DNA of 64,000 nucleotides, taken from the NCBI GenBank assembly GCA_040768745.1, contig JAXGMI010000003.1, positions 192,001-256,000 of the forward strand. The letters are read 5' to 3'. Under the pieces are notes generated by a model. The model saw nothing but the letters and a program-made list of their open reading frames with translations, ran no database searches and was not told where the DNA came from. The DNA comes from Desulfomicrobium sp. Its GTDB lineage: Bacteria; Desulfobacterota; Desulfovibrionia; Desulfovibrionales; Desulfomicrobiaceae. Each line of letters begins with the position of its first letter. Positions within the stretch are counted from its first letter, which is position 1. A program made the position numbers and the translations under genes. Below, piece by piece: positions 29,459 through 39,891 of the stretch.

Positions 29459-31066
29459 TCAGGTGTGCTGCTCTTTTCTGACCGGAGGGGCGGTGGGTCT
29501 TCCCTTGGCCTTGGTGAAGACGAGGCCGCCGTCCTTGCCTCTGCGGTTGAACATGGAAAGCACCTTCTCCGCCTCCTGGAACGGCAGCGAGACAAAGGCG
29601 AACGTCTCCATGATCTGGATGTCCCAGACCTTGCGGGACGGAATATGACAGTTCTCGTCCAGGAAGGTCAGCAGGCGTTTGGGGGTCAGACCATCCTTGC
29701 GTCCCTGGGCCACGAAGAGCCTGGTCTTGCCCTTCTTGTCCACCACGAAGGCGTCTTCGATCTCCTTGTAGTTGGACTCGTCCAGCTCCTCCTGGAACAT
29801 GTACTGCAACAGCGCGGCCAGGGTTTCGCGCGGCTTGCTCTGCTCCAGCAGCTCCTGGGCCATACCCAGAAATTCCAGCTCAGGCTCGGTGGCCACGATG
29901 GCCCTGAGTTCCGTCCTGATGCGATCCTTCTTCATCTTGATGACATCGCTGACCTTGGGCAGACGCGCCTTGCGGATGTCGGTCTTGGCCTGCTTGCTGA
30001 TGAACTGCAGGCGCCTGTATTCCGACGGCGTGATGAAGGTGATGGCGATGCCCTCCTTCCCCGCCCTCCCCGTGCGACCCACGCGGTGCACATAGGATTC
30101 CGGATCATGGGGCAGGTCAAAGTTGATGACGTGGGTCAGGTCATGCACGTCGATGCCCCTGGCGGCCACGTCCGTGGCCACCAGGATGGTCACCAGCCGC
30201 TTCTTGAACTTGCCGAGAATTTTTTCGCGCAGGCTTTGGGAAATGTCCCCGTGCAGGGCGTCGGCGTCATAGCCCCGTTCCATCAGACGCTGGGCCACCG
30301 CATCGGCGTCGATCTTGGTCCGGGCGAAGACCAGCCCGTAGAAGTCCTCTTCCATGTCGATGATCCGGCAAAGGGCCTCGAACTTGTCGCTGGCGGAAAC
30401 CTCAAAATAGATCTGGTCGGTCTGGTCGGCCGTGAGCTGCTCGGACACGGCCCGGATGACCTGGTACTCGCCCATGTACTTTTTGGCGATGCGCAGGATC
30501 TCGGGCGGCATGGTGGCGGAGAAGAGCATGGTCCGCTTGTCGGCATTGGTCTGCTCCATGATCTCGCGCACGTCGTCGAGAAACCCCATGTTCAGCATTT
30601 CGTCTGCCTCGTCCAGGATCAAAAAGCGAATGCCTGAAAGATCCAGGCTGCCCCGGCGCAAATGGTCGAGCACCCGGCCCGGAGTGCCCACGACCACGGA
30701 CACACCCCTTTTGAGGTTGCGGAGCTGGATCTCCATGGACTGCCCCCCATAGATGGGGGCGATGTGCACGGCCCGCCCGCCGCGCAGGGAATTGACTTCC
30801 TCGGCCACCTGGATGGCCAACTCGCGGGTCGGGGTCAGGACAAGGGCCTGCACGCTGCGCAGGCCTTCATCCAGAAGTTCCAGCAGCGGCAAACCGAAGG
30901 CGGCTGTCTTGCCCGTCCCGGTCTGAGCCTGGGCCACGATGTCATTGACCCCGGCCAATACGGCCGGAATGGTCTTGATCTGAATGGGGGTGGGCTCTTC
31001 GAACCCCTTGCGGGACAGAGCCTGGATGGTCAGGTCGGACAGACCCAAATCGGAAAAACTGGTCAT
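29459..31066 (-). CDS. DEAD-box RNA helicase (DeaD/CshA-like, C-terminal DbpA-type RNA-binding domain)
   Basis: Q motif, AQTGTGKT, PTRELA, DEAD, SAT, HRVGRTGRAG. Confidence 0.93.
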   Translation of the reverse strand: MTSFSDLGLSDLTIQALSRKGFEEPTPIQIKTIPAVLAGVNDIVAQAQTGTGKTAAFGLPLLELLDEGLRSVQALVLTPTRELAIQVAEEVNSLRGGRAVHIAPIYGGQSMEIQLRNLKRGVSVVVGTPGRVLDHLRRGSLDLSGIRFLILDEADEMLNMGFLDDVREIMEQTNADKRTMLFSATMPPEILRIAKKYMGEYQVIRAVSEQLTADQTDQIYFEVSASDKFEALCRIIDMEEDFYGLVFARTKIDADAVAQRLMERGYDADALHGDISQSLREKILGKFKKRLVTILVATDVAARGIDVHDLTHVINFDLPHDPESYVHRVGRTGRAGKEGIAITFITPSEYRRLQFISKQAKTDIRKARLPKVSDVIKMKKDRIRTELRAIVATEPELEFLGMAQELLEQSKPRETLAALLQYMFQEELDESNYKEIEDAFVVDKKGKTRLFVAQGRKDGLTPKRLLTFLDENCHIPSRKVWDIQIMETFAFVSLPFQEAEKVLSMFNRRGKDGGLVFTKAKGRPTAPPVRKEQHT

Positions 31067-31297
31067 GATGCTTCCTCGCGAGCCGTGGGCCTCGCAGTCA
31101 GAATTGCCCGGCTCTGGAACCGGGCCCTCACCATGAGGCCGACTGTCCAAGACGGGAGATGCATTTCGGAAAAAACCGGATCTGGGGGCGAAAGCGCGTA
31201 AAAGACGGGTCGCAGAGGGGTAAAGCCCTTTGGGAAATGCCCAGGGCACATACGCGATGAACAGGGGCTTGGCAAGGTCAAAAAAACGGACGAATGG

Positions 31298-32272
31298 TCA
31301 GCGCTGCCAGGCGATAACGGCCAGACTCTCCAATTCCTCGGACAGGCCCAGGGCCTGGGTCATGGTTTCGCCCCAGCAGACCAAGCCGTGGTTGTCCATG
31401 AACACGGCCCCGAATTCCCGGCTGGCCAGGCCCACTGCCCTCCCCAGCTCGGACGTGCCGGGGGCGAACGCCGGGATGCGGGTCAACTTGGCGGCGAAAA
31501 CATGACCCTCGAAAAGCGGCAGGTTCAGCAACGGACCGTCCCCGCGCAGGGACAGCCCGATGAGCCTTGGGGGATGGGTATGCACAACCGCCTGGGCCTT
31601 GGGCTGGTTCCGGTACACTTCAAGATGCACTGCCAACTCCGAAGAGGGGCGGGCCGAGGACAGCGTCTTTCCGCTGTCCAGGTCGGCCACGGCCAGGTCC
31701 CGGGTTCCGAGATGCCCCTTGGCGCTGCCCGCGGCCGTGATGACCACGCGGCTTCCCTGGCGCATGCTGATGTTGCCGTTGAACCCTGCGAACAGGCCGC
31801 GCATCCAGCCGTCCCGCCCGGCCTGCAGGATGGCCTGTCCCATGTCCGGATTGACCAGGGCCGGAAAATCGCTCTGCCCTGGCCCACAGGCATTGTCCGG
31901 CTTGATGTCGATGACGGGCGTACCGTCGATGACCTCCAGGGGGTGGACCTGCAGGCGCAGACCCTCGCGGCCGGTGATGCGTACCGAGTGCAGCCCGATG
32001 GGCGTAGGCCGATCCGGGGAGCGGGTCGAGAAGATGCCGCGCAGGGGCAGGTCGCGGTTGCCCTTGGGATGACAGCGCAGGACGCTCTGGTCGGCCTGAT
32101 GCATCCAGGTCAGGACCAGGATCGCATCCCCGACCTGCAGATCCGTGGCGGCGGGTTCGAATTCGGGTCGCAGCTCGACCCACACCGGAGGCAACCCTGC
32201 CTCCCCGTATTTGGGGCATTCCTCCCGGGTCAGGAGGTGGGAACGGACGGTGCCGATAATGTGCGGGGTCAT
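31298..32272 (-). CDS. TrmO/TsaA-like SAM-binding domain fused to a class II aldolase domain
   Basis: N-terminal GIFSTRSPDRPTPIGL..IDGTPVIDIKP; C-terminal GNISMR, SSE..H, VHTHP, NHG. Confidence 0.82.
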   Translation of the reverse strand: MTPHIIGTVRSHLLTREECPKYGEAGLPPVWVELRPEFEPAATDLQVGDAILVLTWMHQADQSVLRCHPKGNRDLPLRGIFSTRSPDRPTPIGLHSVRITGREGLRLQVHPLEVIDGTPVIDIKPDNACGPGQSDFPALVNPDMGQAILQAGRDGWMRGLFAGFNGNISMRQGSRVVITAAGSAKGHLGTRDLAVADLDSGKTLSSARPSSELAVHLEVYRNQPKAQAVVHTHPPRLIGLSLRGDGPLLNLPLFEGHVFAAKLTRIPAFAPGTSELGRAVGLASREFGAVFMDNHGLVCWGETMTQALGLSEELESLAVIAWQR

Positions 32273-32492
32273 GAGGGGTCCTTGGTTCGCTGTTCTGCCC
32301 GAATCTGAACTTTACACGTATCCCCCGCGATTTTCTTCGTCAAACCCAGACCATGCCGCCGCGGCCGTGGAGTGCGGTCTTCCGGTCCAGGACGGTGTTC
32401 AGGCCCCTTGTGCATTCCGGTGCAACCCTTGAATTGACATCCAGCCGGTGCTAGCGTTGCCCAACATCACAACCCTCAACGCCGGAACGCAC

Positions 32493-33344
32493 ATGGACAG
32501 ATTTTCCACCAGCCTCCTGGGAGAGGCCAAGACCCTGCTCCTGTCCACGGACGGGTCCCGCTTCAGCGACGGAGCTTTGCAGGAAGCCATTTTCTTCGGC
32601 CAGTCCTGCTCCGCCCGCGTGGTTGTTCTGCATGTGGTCAAAATCGAGTCCGAATCCCTCAAATCAGCCAATTCCTTTGTCATCCGCAAGCAGCAGGAGA
32701 TCACTCCGTATCTTGAGCAGATCCGGAAAATGGCCAGGGACAGCGGGGTGGAGTGCGATACCGTGGTGGTGGGTTCCTCTGTCCCCGAACACGCCATCAT
32801 CGAGCAGGCCCGCTTGCGGGGGGCCGATGTCATTCTCATGGGCCGCCATGGCCGGGCCGGCCGTCTCTACCTGATGGTCGGCAGCATGACGGCCAAGGTC
32901 ATCGGGCTGGGCTTCCCCATGGTTCTGGTGGTCCCCAGCGAGGCCCTCATCACCGGGAGCCACGTGCTCGTGGCTGTCGACGACTCCCCCAGCAGCCGAT
33001 TGGCCGTCGAGGAGGCCATGAGCCTGGGAATGTGCTGCGTGACGCTGGAGCGGCTGACCTTCGTGGCTGTGGCCAAACGGCAAAGCGGGCTCGACGCGGC
33101 CCGGCGGATGGTCGGGGACATCTGCAGCCAGGGCCGGCAGAAATGGCCCCACCTCCACTTCGAGGCCGTGGCCGCCGTCGGCCACCCCTCGAATATCATC
33201 GTGCGCGCCGCCGAGGAGCGGGGTGTGGACATGATCATGATCGGGGGGGTGAACAGCAGCCCCCTGCCGAGGATGTTCACGGGCCGGGTGACCAAGGAGG
33301 TCTGCGGCTGGGCGCATTGCGCGGTGCTGGTGGTCACCGCCTAG
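32493..33344 (+). CDS. Tandem universal stress protein
   Basis: TDGS..S, ILMGRHGR..GSMT; second domain VDDSPSS..MIMIG..GRVT..CAVLVV. Confidence 0.88.
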   Translation: MDRFSTSLLGEAKTLLLSTDGSRFSDGALQEAIFFGQSCSARVVVLHVVKIESESLKSANSFVIRKQQEITPYLEQIRKMARDSGVECDTVVVGSSVPEHAIIEQARLRGADVILMGRHGRAGRLYLMVGSMTAKVIGLGFPMVLVVPSEALITGSHVLVAVDDSPSSRLAVEEAMSLGMCCVTLERLTFVAVAKRQSGLDAARRMVGDICSQGRQKWPHLHFEAVAAVGHPSNIIVRAAEERGVDMIMIGGVNSSPLPRMFTGRVTKEVCGWAHCAVLVVTA

Positions 33345-33496
33345 GAGCCCTTCCAAAATCCGTTCTGGACTGCGTTGCTCGCCGGAACGAATTTTGAACA
33401 GGCTCCGTTTTCAACAGGATAGTTTTCAGAAGAGGTTTGCAGGTGCGTTTCAGGGGCCTGGCCTCTTCTTCGAATCATCTGGCAAGGAACAGTCTC

Positions 33497-35617
33497 ATGT
33501 CGGTCAGGCTTCTGCGATTCTTTCCTTTTCTCGCTTGGTTTCCGCTCAGTGCGCTGACGCTGCGGGCCGACCTGATGGCCGGCGTCACCGGCGCCCTGGT
33601 CCTCGTGCCCAAGGCCATGGCCTATGCCCAGCTGTCGGGTCTGCCACTCTACTTCGGCCTGTACACGGCCTTCGTACCTGCCATCGTCGGGGCCCTGTGG
33701 GGATCTTCCAGACAGCTCGCCACGGGACCCGTGGCCATCGTTTCCCTCATGACCGCGGCAGCCGTCAGCCCCCTGGCCGTGTCCAACACCCCGGAGTACA
33801 TCGGCCTGGCCTTGCTGCTGACCTTCCTGGTCGGGCTCATCCAGCTCCTGCTGGGCGTGCTCAAGCTGGGGACCATCGTCAATTTCGTTTCCCACCCGGT
33901 CATCCTCGGTTTCATGAACGCTGCCGCCATCATCATCGGCCTGTCCCAACTGGATCAGCTCCTGGGCATCCCCAAAGGCCGCAGCGATTTTTTTCTGAAA
34001 GACGTCTGGGATATGCTCTGGCTCCTCCCGCATACGCATCTGCCGACCCTGGGCATGAGCGTGCTGGGCCTGACGCTCCTGATCGGCATCAAAAAGATCC
34101 CTGCCCTGTCCAAGGCCAGCGTCCTCGTCGCCGTGGTCATCGCCACCCTGGTCAGCGGTCTCGTCGGCTACGACCAGCGAGGCACGGCGGAGCTGTCGGA
34201 CATCGAAACGCCCCAGGCCCGCGAACTGGTCGCCCAGTACCAGGAGAGCCTGCAGAGGATGGAGTTGGTCGCGGCCGACATCTCCGCCCTTTCGTCGCTG
34301 CAGAGGCAGGCCGAGAAGCACGACCAGGCCTGGGTGGCCGCCGGGCTGCGGCACCGGGTCGAGCTGGCCCGCCTGGACATGCGCTCCCTGGAGAAACGGC
34401 ACAACGAGCTCCTGCGCGGGGTGCGGCAATTGCGCTTCGTGCGCCCAGAAGGCGAGGAGGCGGGAAGGCTCTACCAGCTGGGGGCCGTCCCGGTCGACAT
34501 GAAGACGGACAACCGGGCCTGGCACATCAAGGGCATCGAAGACGGGGTCATGAAGCTCACGGGCGGAGGCGAAGTGGTGGGCGTCGTCCCGGGGGGACTG
34601 CCTTCATTGCGCCTGCCGGCCATGAACCTCGATGCCGCCCTGCAGCTCATGTCCGCGGCCCTGATCATTGCCCTGGTGGCCTTCATGGAGTCCATTTCCA
34701 TGGCCAAGGCCATGGCCAGCAAGGCCAGGCAGCACGTCGATCCCAACCAGGAACTCATCGGCCAGGGGCTGGCCAACATCGGGGGCTCCCTGTTCCAGTC
34801 CTACCCGGCCTGCGGATCCTTCACCGGGTCGGCCATCAATCTGCAGGCCGGGGCCAAAACCGGCCTGGCCATGGTTTTCAACGGCCTCTTCGTGGGCATC
34901 ACCCTGCTCTTCTTCACGCCCTGGCTCTACCATCTGCCCAAGGCCGTGCTGGCTGTCATCATCGTCCTGGCCGTGACGGGCCTTCTCACCCCCCACGCCT
35001 TCATGCACAGCTGGAAGGCCAACCGCGGGGACGGGATCGTGGCTGCCGTGACTTTTGTCGTCACCCTGCTGGCCGCCCCGCACCTGGACCGCGGCATCAT
35101 GGTCGGTGCGGCCCTGTCCATCGGCCTCTACCTCTACCGGACCATGGCCCCGCGCGTGGCCATCCTCGGCCGCTACGCCGACGGCACCCTGCGCGACGTG
35201 CACGTCCATCCCACACTGGCCACCTCGGACCTGGTCACCGTCATGCGCTTCGACGGGTCCCTCTATTTTGCCAACGTGGCGCACTTCGAGGACGCGGTAC
35301 TCAAGGCCGTGGCCGACCACAAGGAAACCAAATTCCTGCTGGTGATCGGAGACGCCATCAATTTCCTGGATTCTTCCGGGGAAGAGATGCTGCAGAGCCT
35401 GGTCGGCCAGCTCAGGGAGGCTGGCGTGGAGCCCGTCTTTTCGGGCCTCAAGAAACAGGTCCTGGACGTCATGCGCGCCACCAGCCTGTACAAACGCATC
35501 GGTGACGAGAACATCTTCGCCACGGAATGCCAGGCTCTGAAAGCCATTCTGCACAGACTGGGGACGCAGGTCGAGGACGACGCCCTTTTCGCCCACGTCA
35601 AGGCCATGGTCTGCTGA
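33497..35617 (+). CDS. SulP/SLC26 anion permease with STAS domain
   Basis: ADLMAGVT..PKAMAYA..GLY, NQELIGQG, LYFAN STAS motif. Confidence 0.9.
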   Translation: MSVRLLRFFPFLAWFPLSALTLRADLMAGVTGALVLVPKAMAYAQLSGLPLYFGLYTAFVPAIVGALWGSSRQLATGPVAIVSLMTAAAVSPLAVSNTPEYIGLALLLTFLVGLIQLLLGVLKLGTIVNFVSHPVILGFMNAAAIIIGLSQLDQLLGIPKGRSDFFLKDVWDMLWLLPHTHLPTLGMSVLGLTLLIGIKKIPALSKASVLVAVVIATLVSGLVGYDQRGTAELSDIETPQARELVAQYQESLQRMELVAADISALSSLQRQAEKHDQAWVAAGLRHRVELARLDMRSLEKRHNELLRGVRQLRFVRPEGEEAGRLYQLGAVPVDMKTDNRAWHIKGIEDGVMKLTGGGEVVGVVPGGLPSLRLPAMNLDAALQLMSAALIIALVAFMESISMAKAMASKARQHVDPNQELIGQGLANIGGSLFQSYPACGSFTGSAINLQAGAKTGLAMVFNGLFVGITLLFFTPWLYHLPKAVLAVIIVLAVTGLLTPHAFMHSWKANRGDGIVAAVTFVVTLLAAPHLDRGIMVGAALSIGLYLYRTMAPRVAILGRYADGTLRDVHVHPTLATSDLVTVMRFDGSLYFANVAHFEDAVLKAVADHKETKFLLVIGDAINFLDSSGEEMLQSLVGQLREAGVEPVFSGLKKQVLDVMRATSLYKRIGDENIFATECQALKAILHRLGTQVEDDALFAHVKAMVC

Positions 35618-35677
35618 CCGGGAGAGGGCATTTTCACCGCATGAGAATGGGGCGCCGGCATGGCCGGGGCCCCTTTT

Positions 35678-37849
35678 TCATTCCAGCTCGACGAAATCCT
35701 CGATGATGAGTTTCAGGCCGAAGCCGGGGAAGTTGATCTTGTACTTGTTGGGTTCCACCCGCGAGACGACCTTGCCCCGGCCAAAGATCCTGTGCCTGCA
35801 GTACGTGCCCTGCACCGGGGTCTGGGCGCCGGGTCCGCTCCCCGCTTGGTCCTGGTCTGAGCCCCCGTTGGCGTCCGAAATCTGCTGCGGAGCGGAGAGA
35901 CCCGATGCGCGGCGGGGCGCAGGCTGTGTCTGCAGCCCGACCCCCCCGGTGAACTGTTCGCGGTAGCGGGCCAGCAAATGCGACGGGATGTCCTGCAGGA
36001 AGGGGCTGATCCGCGCCGGCGTGGTGCCCGCCAGTTCCCTGCTGTACAGGGTTTCAGGGGAAAAAAGACTCAGATGCTCCCTGGCCCGGGTGCAGGCCAC
36101 GTACAGAAGCCGTCGCTCCTCCTCGAAATCATCGCTGTCGTTCAAGGCATGCCGGGACGGGAAGCGGTCCTCCACCAGGTCGATGACCAGGACGGCGTCC
36201 CATTCCAAGCCTTTGGCCGAGTGGACCGTGGACAGGGTTATGGCCTGGCCGCGCGCCTCCTCGGCCTCGGGGCTGTCCAGGCTCAGATCCCCCAGGAAGC
36301 CCGCAATGTCCTCGTAGCCCAGTGCGATCTGGACCAGCTCTTCCAGCCCGGCTTCCCGGCGAGGGTAGTCGTCCGGGAATTTTTCCCTCAGAACCGGCAG
36401 GTAGTATTCCAGGATGAAGGTGATGGCCGTGGACGGCTGCATGGCCTGGGTCCGCAAGGTGTCCAGGACGCGGAACAGCCGTTCCAGTTCCGGTCTCCTG
36501 GCCCGCTGGGCCTTCAGAAAGGTTTGGTCGTTGAGCATGGCTGCCCGATAGAGTTTCTGGGCGCTCTTGGGACCGATGCCCGGCACGTTGCCGAGGATGC
36601 GCTGCCAGGCTGGGAGGTCAGCGGCGTTCTGGCTGATGCGCAGACAGGCCAGGACATCCTTGATATGCGCGGCTTCGGAAAATTTGATTCCCCCGTATTT
36701 GCGGAAAGCCAGGCCCATCTTGTTCAGCTCGACCTCCACATGGTATGATTGATATCCTGCCCGGAACAATACGGCGATCTGGTCCAGGGGATGGATCCGG
36801 GCCAGGTCCACGACCTTTGCCGTGACCAGCCTGGCCTGGCTGCGGTCCGAAAAGGGCAGGATGTGTTCGGGCAAGGTCGAGCCCGGCTTTTCCGAAAAAA
36901 GACGCTTGGTGAACTTGTCCCGGAATCCGTCCAGGATGGAATTGGTCAGCTCCAGGATGGGCTGCGTCGAGCGGTAGTTCTGCTCCAGCTTGATGATCCT
37001 GGCGCCGGGAAAAACCTTGGGAAAATCGAGGATGTTGCGCACATTGGCGCCGCGGAAGGCGTAGATGGACTGGGCGTCGTCGCCCACGGCCATGACGTTG
37101 GGGGCCGGGCTTTCGGGATCGGTCAACAACCCCACCAGTCTGGCCTGGACCAGGTTGGTGTCCTGGTACTCGTCGATCATGATGTGGGAAATGGACGCGG
37201 CCACGGTCTGGCGCACATGGGGGTGTCCGGCCAGCAGACGTTCCATCAGGAAGAGCAGGTCATCGTAGTCCAGCAGACCGCACTCCAGCTTGATGCGCTC
37301 GTACTCCTCCAGCAGCCTGACCAGGTCCCCCTCATAGACCCCGAGATGGTAGGCTTCCTGGCGCAGGACCTCGGACAGGGACAGCTCCTTGTTCCGGCTC
37401 TTGCTGTACAGCCCGAGGATGGTGGCCCGCTTGGGAAATTTGCGGTCGTGGCTGCCGATCTTGAGCCGGTCCTTGGCCTGGGCCAGGACGTCCTCGCCGT
37501 CGGCGCGGTCCATGACCGTCACCCCGCGCGAAAAGCCCAGCAGGCCGGCGTACTGCTTCAGCAGGGAGAAGGCGAAGCCGTGGAAGGTCCCGCCGCGCAC
37601 GCTGCCCAACCCCCGATGGCCCAACAGGCCCTGGGCCCTTTCGAGCATTTCCGACGAGGCCTTGCGGGTAAAGGTCAAAAGCAGAATTTCTTCCGGGGAC
37701 ACGCCGCGCTCCGCGAGGCGGGCCAAACGGTAGACAATGGTCCTGGTCTTCCCTGACCCGGCTCCGGCGATGACCAGGACCGGCCCGTCCAGGGTGGTGG
37801 CGGCCTCCAACTGGGCCGGATTCAAGTCATGTTCGTAGTCGATGCGCAT
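35678..37849 (-). CDS. UvrD/PcrA-family ATP-dependent DNA helicase
   Basis: AGAGSGKT, DEYQD, VGDDAQSIYAFRGA, NYRST, HSAKGLEW, YVACTRA. Confidence 0.92.
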   Translation of the reverse strand: MRIDYEHDLNPAQLEAATTLDGPVLVIAGAGSGKTRTIVYRLARLAERGVSPEEILLLTFTRKASSEMLERAQGLLGHRGLGSVRGGTFHGFAFSLLKQYAGLLGFSRGVTVMDRADGEDVLAQAKDRLKIGSHDRKFPKRATILGLYSKSRNKELSLSEVLRQEAYHLGVYEGDLVRLLEEYERIKLECGLLDYDDLLFLMERLLAGHPHVRQTVAASISHIMIDEYQDTNLVQARLVGLLTDPESPAPNVMAVGDDAQSIYAFRGANVRNILDFPKVFPGARIIKLEQNYRSTQPILELTNSILDGFRDKFTKRLFSEKPGSTLPEHILPFSDRSQARLVTAKVVDLARIHPLDQIAVLFRAGYQSYHVEVELNKMGLAFRKYGGIKFSEAAHIKDVLACLRISQNAADLPAWQRILGNVPGIGPKSAQKLYRAAMLNDQTFLKAQRARRPELERLFRVLDTLRTQAMQPSTAITFILEYYLPVLREKFPDDYPRREAGLEELVQIALGYEDIAGFLGDLSLDSPEAEEARGQAITLSTVHSAKGLEWDAVLVIDLVEDRFPSRHALNDSDDFEEERRLLYVACTRAREHLSLFSPETLYSRELAGTTPARISPFLQDIPSHLLARYREQFTGGVGLQTQPAPRRASGLSAPQQISDANGGSDQDQAGSGPGAQTPVQGTYCRHRIFGRGKVVSRVEPNKYKINFPGFGLKLIIEDFVELE

Positions 37850-37855
37850 GGTGGT

Positions 37856-39160
37856 TCAGAAGTCGAGGATGGTGGAAGAAATGCCGAAATACTCCAGGAT
37901 GGCCCGCCCCACATGGGTGGGCGTGCGGGCCGGGGCCGCGGCGGAGTCGAAAAAGAACACGTCGTCGGGGGTGTGCATGCCCTGACGGCCGAAATGGCCG
38001 AACATGGCCTGGCGGCCGAACTTGCCTTTCAGGTCGAACCCAGGCTCCGGGACCAGGACGAGGTCCGGGGCCAGATGAGCCTGGGGTCCGTGATACAGGT
38101 CCGCCCCCCTGTGGACCTGGCGGATGATCCGACGGCCCTGCCAGGTCAAGCCGCGCAGGGCCTCGCTCAGCTCTGTGGCAAGGTGCTTCGCATCGGACCG
38201 GGACAACTGCCCCCGGGCAAAGCGCTCCCTGGAGTGCATGTAGACGCGACCGGGGTCAAGGGCAAAGGCCCGCGTGGACGGCGCCATGGCCTCTGTGTCC
38301 CACTCGCTCTGGGGCGGTCGGGAAAAATGCAACAACCCTTGACCCTTGAGCCAGACGTTGAGATCCACCTCCTGCAGCAGCGCCGTGAACCCGTGATCAG
38401 CCATCACCATCAACCGCTTGGGTCCAGGGAGTTCCTCATACCGCTCCAGGGTCTGGCCGATGAGCCGGTCCCAGGTGGCCATGAGGTTCATGACCTCAGC
38501 GCGCCAGGGATGATGGGGTTCCACCAGGGCCGGGAAGAGGAAGTGGCCCAGACGATCTGTTTCCGTCAGCACGAGCATGAACATGTCCCAGGCCAGGTCC
38601 GGCCACAGGAGATCCACGGCCTTTCCGCGGCAGGCCAGGGTGCGGTGCAGCTCGGCCAGGAGAAAGCCGGGGTCCGTGGCTCCGGCCACGGTGTCCGCCT
38701 CGACGGTGTAGCCATGATCGGCCAGGATCCCTCCCAGGGCAGGCGGATGGACCGCACCGCACAGATCCCGGGCCGGGAAACCGGCCACCAGCAGGGCCCG
38801 CATGGGCCGCACGGGCGCGAGATTCGGCATGTTGACGACCTTGGCGAACAGGCCGGCATCGGCCATGCGTTCGAATATGGTCAGCCCATGCACATGGCTG
38901 AAATCCGTGAATTCGAGATGGTATGTCTGCGGGTTGATGCGGGTGAAGCCGAAAACCCCGTGGCCGCCGGGTGGGGCGGCGGTGAAGAGTGACGTCCAGT
39001 TCACGGGAGAGAGTTCGGGCAGTTCGGCCCGGATGGGCCGACACCCGGAGGCGTCCATGATCCTGGCCAGATGGGGCAACAGGCCTTGTTGGCAAAGGCT
39101 TTGGGCCACGGACCAGGGCAGGCCGTCCAGGCCAAGAAAAACCAGTCGGGAACCATGCAT
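37856..39160 (-). CDS. Alkaline phosphatase superfamily / nucleotide pyrophosphatase-phosphodiesterase
   Basis: GLDG, PELSPVNWTS, ETDRLGH, ADHGF, GMH. Confidence 0.82.
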   Translation of the reverse strand: MHGSRLVFLGLDGLPWSVAQSLCQQGLLPHLARIMDASGCRPIRAELPELSPVNWTSLFTAAPPGGHGVFGFTRINPQTYHLEFTDFSHVHGLTIFERMADAGLFAKVVNMPNLAPVRPMRALLVAGFPARDLCGAVHPPALGGILADHGYTVEADTVAGATDPGFLLAELHRTLACRGKAVDLLWPDLAWDMFMLVLTETDRLGHFLFPALVEPHHPWRAEVMNLMATWDRLIGQTLERYEELPGPKRLMVMADHGFTALLQEVDLNVWLKGQGLLHFSRPPQSEWDTEAMAPSTRAFALDPGRVYMHSRERFARGQLSRSDAKHLATELSEALRGLTWQGRRIIRQVHRGADLYHGPQAHLAPDLVLVPEPGFDLKGKFGRQAMFGHFGRQGMHTPDDVFFFDSAAAPARTPTHVGRAILEYFGISSTILDF

Positions 39161-39259
39161 GGAGGCCGTGTAGCAGGGGGGGGGATGGTTGACCAGTCCG
39201 GAATGGTCCAGGCAGCCGGAGACGCTGCACGAAACCATCCACGGCCCGAGCGGACCCCG

Positions 39260-39748
39260 TCAGGCCTGCAGCAGGGCCTGTTCCACGGCCTCGGCCACCT
39301 CGGTCCCGGTCAGGGTCTCCCCGGTCTCGAACAGGGCCCGCTGCACGTTGATCTCGCGCATGACCCCGATGTGGTCGCGGTCCACAAACCCCTTCCAGAC
39401 CGCCATGCATTTTTCCACCTGCCCCCTCCGGGCATAGGCCAATCCGAGGTACAGGCAGGCCAGGTATTCCCCCGGATGCTGTCTGGTGACCATGAGCAGG
39501 GTGTCCTTGGCCTGCACATACTCGCCCAGATGGTAATGGCACAGGCCCTGCCGCACGCGGGCCTCCTTGTGGGCCCGATTCTCCTTGAGCACTTCCTTGT
39601 AGAGGTCCCGGGCCTGGAGATAATCCTTGCGGACGTAGGCGGCATCGGCCGCGGCAATGTCCGCCCCAATGCCGGAAACCGGCTTGTCCCCGCCTGCCTC
39701 ACGCAAACGCCGGGCCATGCCGAAGAGAAGGTCGCGTCTGGAAATCAT
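39260..39748 (-). CDS. Tetratricopeptide repeat protein
   Basis: TPR-like helices (GLCHYHLGEY, LYLGLAYARRG); N-terminal SRRDLL. Confidence 0.75.
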   Translation of the reverse strand: MISRRDLLFGMARRLREAGGDKPVSGIGADIAAADAAYVRKDYLQARDLYKEVLKENRAHKEARVRQGLCHYHLGEYVQAKDTLLMVTRQHPGEYLACLYLGLAYARRGQVEKCMAVWKGFVDRDHIGVMREINVQRALFETGETLTGTEVAEAVEQALLQA

Positions 39749-39891
39749 GGATACCTCTATATATATTGATGAAGGTGCGCTGAATCTAGCATGGCGGCGA
39801 CGCCGTCCCGGTGTGGGCCGAGGCATGACGCCGTCCGTACGGCAGTCGACGCCGGAGACAAACGCGGCATGATCCAACCTACCCCAGTCAG

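Noticed and set aside
39790..39880. Further degenerate REP-like copies with inserts (also 43471-43528)
   Set aside because: They have ATGG..ATGACG-type ends but are too diverged to define insert boundaries, so they were not counted
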